DNA from: a virus
Taxonomy: Duplodnaviria > Heunggongvirae > Uroviricota > Caudoviricetes
IMG/VR virus record: IMGVR_UViG_2537561935_000012
Direction: 5' to 3' (one strand)
DNA: 64,000 bases
The notes below the pieces were generated by a model that did not search any database, had not been told where the DNA came from, and saw only the letters and a program-made list of their open reading frames with translations. The first letter of the stretch is position 1; every line of letters starts with the position of its first letter. Made by a program: the position numbers and the translations under genes. Shown here piece by piece: positions 43,059 through 56,807 of the stretch.

Positions 43059-43608
43059 ACTCTATTACCCACACCCAAGGATTAGCGTTCCAACTATCTT
43101 CGCCATAAATTGATTTCCATAGGCTACGGAAACCTGGGTAATGCTTATCGCCAATGAGGGTCGATTCTGTTGGTGCGCCCTCAGCCCTTGCATCGCATTC
43201 GCTGATATCGTTCAACCGCTCAACGCGCACGTTGGTAATTTCCAGAAGAATGCGCGATGCCCAGCGCGGCATGTGAATTGATGGCGTCCACTTTTCTGAT
43301 ACTGGTTTATTACAAACCTCGACCGGAACCCGGTGCGTTTGTTCTGTCCAGGAGTTACGCACGCTTGCGCGATAAACCAGCGTTGCGACGTCCGTCGCTT
43401 TGCCATGTACCCGGTAGGTTTCGCGAACCCAAATACGATCGCCCGGTTGACCATATGGACAATGCTTGGCAAGCAACTCTGCGGCCACTGCCCGTCCATA
43501 GAATTTTTCTTCAACAATCCTGCGAGTCTGTGTTTTATTCCCGCCAAGAATTGCCCGGACCATCTCATCGTTAAAAATCATGCCGCGCTCTTTCACTTCG
43601 CCTTTCAT
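43027..43608 (-). CDS. ASCH-domain-like protein
   Basis: 193 aa with N-terminal RAILGGNKTQTRR motif resembling ASCH-domain signature. Confidence 0.4.
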   Translation of the reverse strand: MKGEVKERGMIFNDEMVRAILGGNKTQTRRIVEEKFYGRAVAAELLAKHCPYGQPGDRIWVRETYRVHGKATDVATLVYRASVRNSWTEQTHRVPVEVCNKPVSEKWTPSIHMPRWASRILLEITNVRVERLNDISECDARAEGAPTESTLIGDKHYPGFRSLWKSIYGEDSWNANPWVWVIEFERIQGATSE

Positions 43609-43786
43609 GCATCCCCCTTACCCATGTGCGACGATGCCGCAAAAAGTGATAGAGAACAGCCAGAAATAGATCGCGGCCATAATGATTTTGAATGCCGTGT
43701 TCATATTTTCAGCTCCTGTGATTGATTGGATACATGCCGCGCCTTGCGGCATGTTTTTATTTTCACTTCCTCTGTTTTAAAAATCA

Positions 43787-43803
43787 ATATTTATTAGAGC
43801 AAT
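43787..43803 (-). promoter_or_regulatory. C1 operator-like site
   Basis: ATATTTATTAGAGCAAT, one mismatch (reverse complement of consensus). Confidence 0.6.
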
Positions 43804-44309
43804 TATTGTTGATGGAGAAGCGCGTTTTCATACTCCCTGACCATTAACGTAAGCACGCCGTGCCTCCTGAAAACACGCGCCACTTCAATCTTATCTTCCA
43901 GCGCGAACGCGATTTTACTTAGACCAATTTTCTTAAGGAGATCAATCTTTGCTGGGCCGTCATTTCTGTCATCGGTGGCAGGACGCATAGATAGCAAAGG
44001 CTCAGCCCCGTTTGTTACGTACTTCCGCAGCCAGGCTCGTGTTTTATCCCTTGCGATCTCACAGCGCCCGGTTACAAACCAGACCGTGTAAACGTTAAAT
44101 AACTGGCGCACAATATCAATAACTGGAGTTATGGGAGTATCAGTGTCACAGGCGAGATTAAACTCGTTCCAGTCCTTTGTTAATGCACCTTTACCTGGTG
44201 GCGGAAGCAAATGCAGTCTGTCTTCAGTTGCCTCTGATATTGTTCCATCAATATCAACTATGACGATATACGGACGTTCCTGGTGTGCGTGTTTATTGAA
44301 AATACTCAA
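43803..44309 (-). CDS. HAD-superfamily phosphatase-like protein
   Basis: 168 aa with HAD motif I IVDIDGTI near N-terminus. Confidence 0.5.
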   Translation of the reverse strand: MSIFNKHAHQERPYIVIVDIDGTISEATEDRLHLLPPPGKGALTKDWNEFNLACDTDTPITPVIDIVRQLFNVYTVWFVTGRCEIARDKTRAWLRKYVTNGAEPLLSMRPATDDRNDGPAKIDLLKKIGLSKIAFALEDKIEVARVFRRHGVLTLMVREYENALLHQQ

Positions 44310-44381
44310 ATTCCCTCCTCATTGGACGAAAAAAATGCTGGTGGGCGCACTCCACCAGCATTAAAAGTGACACTGTAACTG

Positions 44382-45644
44382 TCAGCGAACGTAAATAGTT
44401 CCGCCGTTCTCTTTTTCCCATGCATCGCTACGTGCATAGCAAACATCGAGAAGTCTTCTTGCCGCTGTTTCCTCTAAACCCAATTCGACAACCAACTGCT
44501 CATGACGGCGGGTAACCACATCAAACAGGGTATGCAGCCCTTTAGCTGCCAGCTCATCAATAAATTCCGGTTCGAACGGCAGCTCTGCCTCTGCCAACAT
44601 AACCTCTTGCGCCCACTCAACTCGACGGACCAGTTCCGGGCGGCGGCTTTCCATCTCTTTACAGATCAATTCATGGAAGAACTCTACCCAACCTTCCGGC
44701 TGGAACTCGCGGAAAATGGCCAACGGCTGGAAGTTTGGCATCAACCATTCGTTGATCCGGATATCAATGGCATAGCCCATGTCGCAGCAGAACTGATAAG
44801 CAAAGTCCAGCTTAGAAACGATATAAGGACGCTCGTTATTGAACTCTTTAGGCGATGAGATCCCATAAGCCAGGAGGCGCGGGAAGAAGGAGATTTGCCC
44901 TAACGTCGGATGAAGTTTGCTTGCAGGGAAACGGCGCTCAGTAATGCCATACATTTCCTTCTTGAGCGTCGCAAATTTGGCATTCTCATTAACCAGCGCG
45001 GTAACCTCTGCTTTTTTATTAGCAAATGCCACGCGCGCCTCGCTTGCATCTTTAATAGTTTTTTTGAGCTGTTGGTTAAGGTCGGCGACCTGCTTACGCA
45101 GTTCCTGTCGCTCGCTTTTAGCTTTGTTATAGCGTTTCTCAAGGTTAAAAGGATCAAGTTTCATGATCTCTTTATATTGAGATTTTAGCGTTGAAATCTG
45201 TGAGTTCCGCAGTTCAACCATCGCGGTCATTTCATTGAGTTTTGTTTCCAGCTCAATGCTTATACGTTCGGCATTATCAGCACGCTGGTTGGCGTCATGC
45301 GTCGCATCGTCGATCGCGTCCTGTTGCTGGCGTTTCAAATGTTCAATTTCCAGCTGAAGCTCTTCAATTTCTTTACCCTTCAGACCGAGATCCAACTGCA
45401 TATTTTCAGCTGCATCTACCAGGGAGTTATGGCTATCAGCTTCTGCGTTATAAACATCAATAAGCTGTGCGTGAAGCATCTCCGCTGACTGAACCGCATT
45501 ATCAAAAAAACGCGCTGTGAGGTCATCACAACTAACGCGGCGTTGCGCGGCCCGGATGTTCTGGATAATGGCCGGGATACCGGCATTCAGGACGTCAGGG
45601 ATAGATACATTTTCGATTGATTGGTTTTGTGCTGAAGTGCTCAT
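44382..45644 (-). CDS. Hypothetical coiled-coil protein
   Basis: 420 aa, long central heptad region plus C-terminal globular domain. Confidence 0.45.
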   Translation of the reverse strand: MSTSAQNQSIENVSIPDVLNAGIPAIIQNIRAAQRRVSCDDLTARFFDNAVQSAEMLHAQLIDVYNAEADSHNSLVDAAENMQLDLGLKGKEIEELQLEIEHLKRQQQDAIDDATHDANQRADNAERISIELETKLNEMTAMVELRNSQISTLKSQYKEIMKLDPFNLEKRYNKAKSERQELRKQVADLNQQLKKTIKDASEARVAFANKKAEVTALVNENAKFATLKKEMYGITERRFPASKLHPTLGQISFFPRLLAYGISSPKEFNNERPYIVSKLDFAYQFCCDMGYAIDIRINEWLMPNFQPLAIFREFQPEGWVEFFHELICKEMESRRPELVRRVEWAQEVMLAEAELPFEPEFIDELAAKGLHTLFDVVTRRHEQLVVELGLEETAARRLLDVCYARSDAWEKENGGTIYVR

Positions 45645-45878
45645 TTCAAAGTTCCGTATTAGCTTGTGCTTCGGTCATTTTTCCTAAGTATGAAGGAGGA
45701 AGGACTACGCAATTTGTATCCAGTCCCTCACCTATGGCAGCCTGTAAAATTCTGGCTAAGGTGAGTCTCTTGTTGCGATACCTGGTGATGACATGCCTGA
45801 TACCGCCGGTCGGCGTAACAAAGGCGATCAGCCAGTAGTGATATTTCCGTCGGAATGGCCACATAGTGCACCTTGTAG

Positions 45879-45944
45879 ATTGCTCTAATAAAAAACGTGA
45901 TGAGTGTACATCACGTTTTAAAAATATGGAATTATTAGAGCAAT
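45879..45944. promoter_or_regulatory. Divergent pair of C1 operator-like sites
   Basis: ATTGCTCTAATAAAAAA (+, 45879-45895) and GGAATTATTAGAGCAAT (-, 45928-45944). Confidence 0.5.
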
Positions 45945-45945
45945 A

Positions 45946-46647
45946 TTATTCTGATTCTCGCTCAAAAAATGAGCTGATAAGGGGAAGCCAATCCTCTGAC
46001 ACTTCGCGAGGTCGCGGTTTGCCGTGGAAAAAGATTATTCGGCAGTCTTTTGGTAATGCCCCATTCCCCCTGGAGTAACGCGCGCTCGCATATTTTGAAC
46101 CAGGTTCCACAACATCGGCCTTGTAACTTACAAACCATCCTGGATACAGATCCTGAAATGCTGGTGTATCATCGCCCATAACCTTTCGTAAGAACCCCTG
46201 GTCACCCCAGCACTCAGTAGTGACACAACGAGAAATCCAACCTTCCGGATCTTGCCAGAATGAACTCCAGATATGCGCTTTAACACTATTTGGTATCCAC
46301 AGGGCACCGCTGCCACGATATTGTGGATGGTAAAAATCCCTAAGCATGGTGAAGCTGGTTGGTGGATGCTCTAGGATTGGGCGTATATCACCGGCAATAA
46401 CCGTGTCCAAATCCAGATAGAACAGATCATCGGTTATATCCGGTCGGAACAACTCGATTTTCGCCCACCAGCCACGGCACTTTTGCCACTGGTTGATCAA
46501 TGGGACAACTTTGACGCCAGGTACATGTAAACGCTTCAGGTCTGTCAGGCAAATAATTTCATAGCCTTTTGGCAGTTGATTAACCAGCCACTGCACATCG
46601 GAAGCGTTATAGTCACCACCAGAGCGAAAAACTAAAGCAATCTTCAT
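45946..46647 (-). CDS. Nucleotide-sugar transferase-like protein (DxD motif)
   Basis: 233 aa; [13 protein letters not shown] region resembles GT-A DxD motif. Confidence 0.35.
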   Translation of the reverse strand: MKIALVFRSGGDYNASDVQWLVNQLPKGYEIICLTDLKRLHVPGVKVVPLINQWQKCRGWWAKIELFRPDITDDLFYLDLDTVIAGDIRPILEHPPTSFTMLRDFYHPQYRGSGALWIPNSVKAHIWSSFWQDPEGWISRCVTTECWGDQGFLRKVMGDDTPAFQDLYPGWFVSYKADVVEPGSKYASARYSRGNGALPKDCRIIFFHGKPRPREVSEDWLPLISSFFERESE

Positions 46648-47336
46648 GCTGCACCATCACCTTTCACTTTCATCAATGTCAGGTTTCCGCAAAATACGGC
46701 ACCAGTGTCGATATACTGCTGATTCCAGAATGTCTTCGGGCTTTTCACCGGAGTGTGACCAAAGATAAAACGATCTGCGCCCGAAATTTCGCCACCAATA
46801 TCATCCATCGAATCACTGATACGCTCGCGCGCCCAGACAACGTTGAAAAGCGGCACCTCCTTACCGAATTGGTATTCATTATCCGGATAGTCGGCATGGG
46901 CTATAACGATAGTTTCTTGCCCCGTGTTCAACTCAATGATATAGGGCAGACGCTTTACCAGCTCCACCAGCGCCCAGGCTAATATTTCCTGATCAGTGTC
47001 CAGCATGAAGAACCATTGTCCGCCATTCATTAGCCAGTTATTCACGTTGCCATCTGGACTTAACGCATCAATCATCAGCCGCTCATGGTTCCCCATCACT
47101 GCCCTGAACCAGGGCATCTGCAATAGTTCCAGACATTCGACATTTTCAGTACCGCGATCGATAAGGTCGCCGACCGATATCAGTAAATCCTGCGCCGGGT
47201 CAAAATCCACACGATGGAGTTCGGACATCAGTCTGGTGTAGCAACCATGCAGATCACCAACAACCCAGACATTCCTGTATTTGGTACCGTCGATACGGTG
47301 ATAAATTGTGGGTGCCATCATGTATTCTTCAGCCAT
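46644..47336 (-). CDS. ppp: Ser/Thr protein phosphatase (lambda-PPase / calcineurin-like)
   Basis: 230 aa with metallophosphatase motifs GDLHG, GDLIDRG, GNHE. Confidence 0.85.
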   Translation of the reverse strand: MAEEYMMAPTIYHRIDGTKYRNVWVVGDLHGCYTRLMSELHRVDFDPAQDLLISVGDLIDRGTENVECLELLQMPWFRAVMGNHERLMIDALSPDGNVNNWLMNGGQWFFMLDTDQEILAWALVELVKRLPYIIELNTGQETIVIAHADYPDNEYQFGKEVPLFNVVWARERISDSMDDIGGEISGADRFIFGHTPVKSPKTFWNQQYIDTGAVFCGNLTLMKVKGDGAA

Positions 47337-47944
47337 TCTTTAAGAGTCATCTGCGGAATACCTCCCATTTTCCCGCATGAAACAACGTCAATCTGTTCAC
47401 GCGCAGACTGGAATAACAAAGGCAGGTGACTTAGATTTTTTGGCGTGCTGCCGGAGTGAACGCGTAGTTCTTGCGTAGCGTCAACGCCCACCAGAGCTAC
47501 ATGTTTGAATCCGATATGGAAAGCCAGGGTCAGAGCACCATATGCACTATTGCCGCTGGCAATTTCATTCTCATCTTCGCAAAGGCCGAAATGTGCGGAC
47601 CAGCGCCACGCCCACCACTCGGGAGAATTCGTATTTTTTGGCTCCATGCCGCGTTCAGCCACACGACGGAAGCACAGAACGCCATCTCTGACTTCACGTT
47701 CTTTAACATCGGGTAGTGCCATGCAATAACAAACACCACGGCGACGGCGGCCACGACCAACGCGCCGCATATTGTCTGGCGATGGATCAAGTGTGAAAAA
47801 ATAAGAAGCGCGGTTCAGCCAGTCGATGGCCCCATTGACCGCTATAATCGGCACTCCGCGCGGCGCAACAAAGTTTGCGGCGCTTGGGCCACTGCCGACG
47901 ATAATAACGCGATCACTGCCTCTAAATTTATTCTTGGGAAACAT
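47318..47944 (-). CDS. GSGPS-motif Rossmann-like protein, paralogue A (DUF115/MptE-like or CstII-like transferase fold)
   Basis: 208 aa; [14 protein letters not shown] ... IIAVNGA pattern. Confidence 0.4.
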   Translation of the reverse strand: MFPKNKFRGSDRVIIVGSGPSAANFVAPRGVPIIAVNGAIDWLNRASYFFTLDPSPDNMRRVGRGRRRRGVCYCMALPDVKEREVRDGVLCFRRVAERGMEPKNTNSPEWWAWRWSAHFGLCEDENEIASGNSAYGALTLAFHIGFKHVALVGVDATQELRVHSGSTPKNLSHLPLLFQSAREQIDVVSCGKMGGIPQMTLKEWLKNT

Positions 47945-48504
47945 TGAATTGCACTGCTCCTACTTGCATTCAAAATATGTAAATCTGCGTGTTTTTTGCG
48001 GGTATCCAGGAACTGCTGTTGCCATTTTGAAATAGACACCTGCGTTGGATTCCGTAGTGCTTGAGGGTGCGCGCCATGCCAATGAAGGCCGTTTTGCAGA
48101 GAACAGTCATAGCCGACTAATACCACTACTTCAGCCCCTGATTCAGCAGCCAGACTGATAGCCTGCGCGCCGCTATTTACCCCTTCCGCCGGTCCACAAT
48201 ATCTCCTGTACTCCAACGAAAATGATTTCGCCGCCGCCAGGTTGGCTGTCACTTTGCGGAATCTCCCTCCCGGTATGGTGGATCCGTATTGCTTCCACCA
48301 TGACAAATCACCGGCGTATAAGGCATAAATGTCATCGAACATCTGCCAGGAATTGTTAACCGCGATGATTGAACAGCCAGTTTTTTCTATAGCAGCACAG
48401 TCCTCACGAGTGAGTGACGGTCCGCTACCGACACAAAAAACAGTCCTAGTCGCCCTGGGTGGTATGTTCATTCTCAGCTGCAAATTCAGCCTCCAGGCGA
48501 GCAT
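47842..48504 (-). CDS. GSGPS-motif Rossmann-like protein, paralogue B
   Basis: 220 aa; TVFCVGSGPSLTRED ... IIAVNNSW pattern parallel to paralogue A; track ORFs overlap by about 100 nt so true start is probably internal. Confidence 0.4.
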   Translation of the reverse strand: MLAWRLNLQLRMNIPPRATRTVFCVGSGPSLTREDCAAIEKTGCSIIAVNNSWQMFDDIYALYAGDLSWWKQYGSTIPGGRFRKVTANLAAAKSFSLEYRRYCGPAEGVNSGAQAISLAAESGAEVVVLVGYDCSLQNGLHWHGAHPQALRNPTQVSISKWQQQFLDTRKKHADLHILNASRSSAIQCFPRINLEAVIALLSSAVAQAPQTLLRRAECRL

Positions 48505-48667
48505 TCATTTCAGCGATTACAGAGTCCACTACAGCATCTGTTTCCTGTTCATTACGCGGCATGATCGATGCCAGCGATTCATAATTAGCCTTGGATGACA
48601 CGACTATTCTCCCGATGTTAATGTGCGCTATATCAAATGGCGCATATGTACTAATTAATTTATTATT

Positions 48668-49246
48668 TTAAGCAGCATACAACCACTTGTCGCCGTTCAA
48701 TACATGCTCAATAGCCTCACCCTTTTTAAGGCTTATGTATTCCAGGATGGCGGTTATCGCTTGTTCTGCACCATACGCAAGAACGACGTAGTAACCTTCC
48801 TCTCTAAGCCTGCGCATCCAGGCGATCTGCTCTTTCGTCGGGGCTTTACCATTTGGTTCTTTAAGCTCAATTCGCATGCCGTGATAAATACCGCATGCTT
48901 TATCGAGACTCATGTCCGGATAACCTTTTTTCTGCCCTTCAGCTTTCATTTTCCCGGCGGTTGCTTTTGAACGTTTCCCTCCGTTAGGCGTTGCATGCAA
49001 CAGCTCATAGATGTCAGGGTGCTTGCGTTCGAAGTAATCAAAAATGAAAACCTGCTCGAAGTGCTCGCAATTTCCGTCGCGCAGGTCTGGGTTCTTTGCC
49101 AGTGCTGCAAGTGCCTTCGCATGTGGAGAAACTTCTTTTACCGGCGCAAGCGATAAGAATGGATCCTTTTTGGTTTTTGGCCTGGACCGCCCCTTATTTC
49201 TACGCTCACTAAAAGCCTGAAACTCTTCCTCAGTAAAGCGCAACAT
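48668..49246 (-). CDS. VRR-NUC domain nuclease-like protein
   Basis: 192 aa; GIYHGMRIELKEPNGK ... QIAWMRRLREEGYYV resembles VRR-NUC signature. Confidence 0.55.
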   Translation of the reverse strand: MLRFTEEEFQAFSERRNKGRSRPKTKKDPFLSLAPVKEVSPHAKALAALAKNPDLRDGNCEHFEQVFIFDYFERKHPDIYELLHATPNGGKRSKATAGKMKAEGQKKGYPDMSLDKACGIYHGMRIELKEPNGKAPTKEQIAWMRRLREEGYYVVLAYGAEQAITAILEYISLKKGEAIEHVLNGDKWLYAA

Positions 49247-49248
49247 AA

Positions 49249-49494
49249 TCAGTCAAATCCTGCCGGTCGCATGCCATATTTACGCTGTTTTGCGGCCTGC
49301 TCTTCCCTGTGCCATTGCGCACACTCAGCGTCACAATAGATGCCTGATTCGATCGGTTCATTGCAGTAACGACACTTCCCTGTAAATACCTGGCTCACGA
49401 CCTGTGCCTGCTTTCTGATGTTATCGATGGCCATGTCTTTGAGAGCTTCTAACTGATTCATGCTCAGCTCTGCATCATCAACACGTTCTGCCAA
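49249..49494 (-). CDS. Small zinc-finger protein (TraR/DksA-like)
   Basis: 81 aa with CRYCNEPIESGIYCDAEC four-cysteine motif. Confidence 0.45.
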   Translation of the reverse strand: MAERVDDAELSMNQLEALKDMAIDNIRKQAQVVSQVFTGKCRYCNEPIESGIYCDAECAQWHREEQAAKQRKYGMRPAGFD

Positions 49495-49551
49495 TTTTGT
49501 TTCCTCGTGAAGAACCTACTTAAGGGCAGAATGATACATTTCACAATCAAA

Positions 49552-49568
49552 ATTGCACTAATAATTTT
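49552..49568 (+). promoter_or_regulatory. C1 operator-like site upstream of plus-strand virion gene block
   Basis: ATTGCACTAATAATTTT, two mismatches to consensus. Confidence 0.45.
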
Positions 49569-49640
49569 CTTTTATTGAGTTAAATATTCAACAAATGACT
49601 AGCGGTAGAATCACCATCATCTATTTCTGGCAGGCTGACT

Positions 49641-50018
49641 ATGGCTACATCAATCACTACAACCCAAAGCACCCGGCAATATCCTCTGTCGCGGTATGAC
49701 GACCGCAACATAGCCGATCCAATACTCAGGGCAGAGCTACGCAAAGAGGTGATGCTTATGTGTGAATCGAACGACAAGAATATGACGATTTATTACGTTC
49801 TTCCCGATGAGCAATATCGCCCGGATTTGCTGGCTTACCGTATGTGGGGCATAGCAGAGCTACGCTGGGTTGTGACGCTCGCCGCCGGGCTTGAGGATGA
49901 GTCTCAGGGTATGACTGTTGGCAAAAAATTAAAACTCCCACCTGCCACCTGGATCCGCGAAATGATTCGCCATTTCCAATACGACGGCCAGGTAATAGGG
50001 ACATTATCCATTGCGTAA
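49641..50018 (+). CDS. Hypothetical protein (first gene of plus-strand block)
   Basis: 125-aa ORF. Confidence 0.4.
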   Translation: MATSITTTQSTRQYPLSRYDDRNIADPILRAELRKEVMLMCESNDKNMTIYYVLPDEQYRPDLLAYRMWGIAELRWVVTLAAGLEDESQGMTVGKKLKLPPATWIREMIRHFQYDGQVIGTLSIA

Positions 50019-50027
50019 GGGAATTGA

Positions 50028-51245
50028 ATGCCAACTGAATATGCTCGCGACAACCTTGGTCGCTATCAGACCGATGGATTAAGTGCAAAAGACTTTAACA
50101 AGGTCTTCGATCTTATCCGTAAACAGCAGCGTCAGAATCGGCGAAACGCGCGGCGTACACTCACCCCAAGGATTATGGGGATGCGTAACCGCGAACTTGA
50201 GGCATTCCTCAGCCTTGGGAAAAAGAAAGATGGCACCTACTTTACGCCCGAAGATATACGCAGTTTCAACACCTCAAGGCAGGCTCATAAAACCAAATTC
50301 AAGAGCACGGTACCCGGCATTACCTATGCTCAGCTGGTGGCGCAGTCCACCAGCATTGATATAAAACGCGCTAACAACAAAGTTTCTGATGGCACAGGGA
50401 TCAAAGCCGCGACATTTCTCGGGCTAAAACACAACCTTGCATTGATATCTGTTAATGCCTCGGATGAGTCTGTCCACCAGCATCACCGTGTCAGAATTCG
50501 ATTTGAGGAATGGGATAAAGCCGTTGAGGATATTGCTGAAGACGGTGCGAAAAAAGCCCGAATCGCTGCCGATCTCTGCAAGGGCCGGGTATCTTTCGAC
50601 TGTGATTGTGGACGCCATCAATACTGGTATCGTTATATGGCCACGGCTGGTAACTATGCTGTCGCGCCGCCAAAAGAGTATGCATTCCCCAAAATCCGCA
50701 ACCCTGATCTGACTGGTGTGGCTTGCAAACATGTTTTGCACGCTATGACGCGTTTTCAGTCTCCCACATGGCACAAGGCCATCATTATTGCCCTGGAAAA
50801 AGCAGCTGAACAGGTAGCCTTCGGCGATGACAAGCGGAAGACAACAACCTATTTCAAAGGCGAACTGGCTAAATCGCTCGCGCGCAACCGGACAACAACG
50901 ACGGATCAGGCTAAAGCTGCGCGTGAGTATGAGCTGTATCTGAAATCTCAGGATGCATTAGGCAAAAAACTACGCGCCAAAGATAGCGCCACGGACAACG
51001 TTCGCCGGTTGTTAAAAAAAGCTCGCACCACGGCAAACAGGAAGAATGCCGAACTAAAAGCATCGCGGGTGAGGGAAGCCCAGGCTCGCGCTGAAGCCGA
51101 CGCTCTCAAAAAAGCCCTGCAAACGCAGGCGAACAACCTCATAAAGTTTTTCATGAGTCAGGGAATGGACAAGACCGCTGCCACCGCGCAGGCGCGAAGC
51201 ATTCTTGAGACACAAATTAACGAAGCCCGTAAACGGAAAGGATAA
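50028..51245 (+). CDS. Hypothetical protein with SWIM-type zinc-finger-like motif and basic coiled-coil C-terminus
   Basis: 405 aa; CDCGRHQYWYRY ... CKHVLH motif. Confidence 0.4.
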   Translation: MPTEYARDNLGRYQTDGLSAKDFNKVFDLIRKQQRQNRRNARRTLTPRIMGMRNRELEAFLSLGKKKDGTYFTPEDIRSFNTSRQAHKTKFKSTVPGITYAQLVAQSTSIDIKRANNKVSDGTGIKAATFLGLKHNLALISVNASDESVHQHHRVRIRFEEWDKAVEDIAEDGAKKARIAADLCKGRVSFDCDCGRHQYWYRYMATAGNYAVAPPKEYAFPKIRNPDLTGVACKHVLHAMTRFQSPTWHKAIIIALEKAAEQVAFGDDKRKTTTYFKGELAKSLARNRTTTTDQAKAAREYELYLKSQDALGKKLRAKDSATDNVRRLLKKARTTANRKNAELKASRVREAQARAEADALKKALQTQANNLIKFFMSQGMDKTAATAQARSILETQINEARKRKG

Positions 51246-54392
<3,147 letters not shown>

Positions 54393-54393
54393 G

Positions 54394-54419
54394 AAAAGCC
54401 CGGCGTTCGGGCTTTTCTG
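54394..54419. terminator. Bidirectional rho-independent terminator
   Basis: GAAAAGCCCG-GCGTT-CGGGCTTTTCTGTT between convergent operons. Confidence 0.65.
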
Positions 54420-54438
54420 TTATGACGGGTTCAATTTT

Positions 54439-55437
54439 TTATCCGTTACCGCGCGACGGTTTCTGCGTGATAAACGTCTCAAGCATCTTTTCCGCAATTG
54501 CCGACCAGGTGTGACACTGGACCTTTTCAGCATTTTTCACGCGATCAACGCGAGCAATAACCTCATCCCAATCAATCCGCGACTTGATAACCATATGGTT
54601 CACCAAAGCCAGGCGATCTGGCGGAAGGCAATCGGGAGGCGTTAATACCAACGCCCCGCACATTGCCGCCTCAAGAACAGTTAATCCAAGGCTTTCGGGA
54701 TGCGTAACGATAAAAACGTCACTCTTACGCAATTCAGCTGCAAATTCGGTTGCTGGCACCGGCGTCCGCCTGTATGGAGTTACCGAAATATTCCCCGGAT
54801 CAATGGTAACCAATCCGTCATCAGTCAACGTTCTGGCCTCATACGGAACGGTCAGACGCTGAAGGTTCATAAGGATACTTAAGGAGTGATCAAAACCACT
54901 AACATCAAATGCAGCGTGGTCTACAAAAATACGCAGAACATCGTCCGTTTTGGTTTCCAGATGGAACAGCTCCTGATTCGCTGCCCATCCAACATGTTTG
55001 TTAAAGCGATTATGACGTTCTAACCGACCGGGATTATCCAGGTACCGCCAGGTATCATCGCGGACAGTAAAAGTAATATCGACTGGTGCCGAATCCAGCA
55101 TAGAACCGTCATATACCTGGGCTACCCATCCAGAGAATCGGCGACACAGTTGCATGCCTATTTCCCTGGGTACCGTAGTAAAATACCTCAATCCTGGTGC
55201 CAAAATGGCCTTCGCAGAACATGCTGTCGCAGCAGTCAACACAGCTTCAACATAATCCTCGGGGCTTTCGACGCCAGGGGAATATGGACGATGGTATTGC
55301 AATGTAACCCCTGCCTCACTAAAGGCGCAGGCCAGGTTATAAGACCACATTTCCGTATATGTTTTCACATCACTGATGGCTGCAAATTTTCGCCCAATGA
55401 TCAGGATGTTCATCGGCTTTTCCTCATTCCATTGCAT
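54439..55437 (-). CDS. GT-B fold glycosyltransferase-like protein (downstream of ban)
   Basis: 332 aa; C-terminal VFIVTHPESLGLTVLEAAMCGALVL resembles GT1/GT4 E-x7-E motif. Confidence 0.5.
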   Translation of the reverse strand: MQWNEEKPMNILIIGRKFAAISDVKTYTEMWSYNLACAFSEAGVTLQYHRPYSPGVESPEDYVEAVLTAATACSAKAILAPGLRYFTTVPREIGMQLCRRFSGWVAQVYDGSMLDSAPVDITFTVRDDTWRYLDNPGRLERHNRFNKHVGWAANQELFHLETKTDDVLRIFVDHAAFDVSGFDHSLSILMNLQRLTVPYEARTLTDDGLVTIDPGNISVTPYRRTPVPATEFAAELRKSDVFIVTHPESLGLTVLEAAMCGALVLTPPDCLPPDRLALVNHMVIKSRIDWDEVIARVDRVKNAEKVQCHTWSAIAEKMLETFITQKPSRGNG

Positions 55438-56807
55438 TAATAATCCTCTTGCCAGTCAGCACCGGCATAGTTATCAAACCGTGAGTATTGGCCGTTAAAA
55501 GCCAATCTCACCGTGCCAATTGGGCCATTTCGTTGCTTTCCGATAATTACCTCGGCAATGCCCTTCATTTCGCTATCCGGGTGATAAACTTCGTCGCGAT
55601 ACAGAAACATAATCAGGTCTGCGTCCTGCTCAATTGCTCCTGATTCACGTAAATCTGAATTTACCGGTCGTTTGTCCGCACGCTGTTCAAGCGATCGATT
55701 AAGTTGTGACAATGCCACCACCGGTACTTGTAATTCCTTCGCCAACGCCTTCAGTGAGCGAGAAATCTCGGCAATTTCCAGCGTTCGGTTATCTTGCAGC
55801 TCGGGGACGCGCATAAGTTGCAGGTAGTCGATCATAATCATGCTCAAACCACCATTTTCTTTATAAACACGACGAGCGCGGGAACGTAGCTCTGTCGGCG
55901 TCAGGGCGCTTGAGTCATCAATAAAAATATTCTGCTTGTCCAACAGAATACCCATTGCGCCAGAAACCCGCGCCCAATCCTCGTCGTTAAGTTGCCCTGT
56001 CCGAATACGAGTCTGATCAACGCGTGCAAGAGAAGCCAGTGAGCGCATCATCAGCTGGTGGCTCGGCATCTCAAGGCTAAAAACCAATACGGGCTTATCG
56101 TTACGAACTGCGGCATTTTCGACGAGATTCATCGCAAACGTGGTCTTCCCCATAGATGGGCGGGCGGCGACAATGATGAGATCGGACGGCTGAAGCCCTG
56201 CCGTCTTCTTATTGAGATCGGTAAATCCCGTATCAAGCCCCGTTACACCATCATGTGGTCGCTGAAACAACTCTTCTATGCGAGATACCGTTGCATCGAG
56301 AATGCTGGCGATATCTTTTGGACCACTACCGCTCTTTTGTCGTTTTTCAGCTATTTCAAAAACGCGGCGCTCGGCCATATCCAGCAATTCATTGCTGCCC
56401 CTGCCATCCTGCGCATATCCAGCTTCGGCTATTTCATTTGCGACGGAAATCATTTCACGAACAACCGCGCGTTCACGAACAATATCCGCATAAGCACAAA
56501 TATTTGCCGCGCTGGGCGTGTTCTTTGACATCTCCGCAAGGTACGCAAAACCACCGGCGCGTTCTAATTTACCGTTCTGTTCAAGTGCTTCAGCAAGTGT
56601 TATCAAATCAATCGGTTTGCCATGACTTAATAACCTCTCCATCTCACTGAAAATTTCACGATGAGCACTGGTATAAAAATCATCAGCAACTATACGATCT
56701 GCAACTTCATCCCAGCGGCAGTTATCAAGCATTAAGCCACCAAGTACAGCTTGTTCTGCACTAAGGGAATTTGGCATGGATTCAAGAGGGGATGCAGACA
56801 TTAGCAC
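55437..56807 (-). CDS. ban: DnaB-like replicative helicase (Ban)
   Basis: 456 aa; Walker A ARPSMGKTTFAMN, DnaB N-terminal domain and RecA-like core. Confidence 0.9.
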   Translation of the reverse strand: MLMSASPLESMPNSLSAEQAVLGGLMLDNCRWDEVADRIVADDFYTSAHREIFSEMERLLSHGKPIDLITLAEALEQNGKLERAGGFAYLAEMSKNTPSAANICAYADIVRERAVVREMISVANEIAEAGYAQDGRGSNELLDMAERRVFEIAEKRQKSGSGPKDIASILDATVSRIEELFQRPHDGVTGLDTGFTDLNKKTAGLQPSDLIIVAARPSMGKTTFAMNLVENAAVRNDKPVLVFSLEMPSHQLMMRSLASLARVDQTRIRTGQLNDEDWARVSGAMGILLDKQNIFIDDSSALTPTELRSRARRVYKENGGLSMIMIDYLQLMRVPELQDNRTLEIAEISRSLKALAKELQVPVVALSQLNRSLEQRADKRPVNSDLRESGAIEQDADLIMFLYRDEVYHPDSEMKGIAEVIIGKQRNGPIGTVRLAFNGQYSRFDNYAGADWQEDY

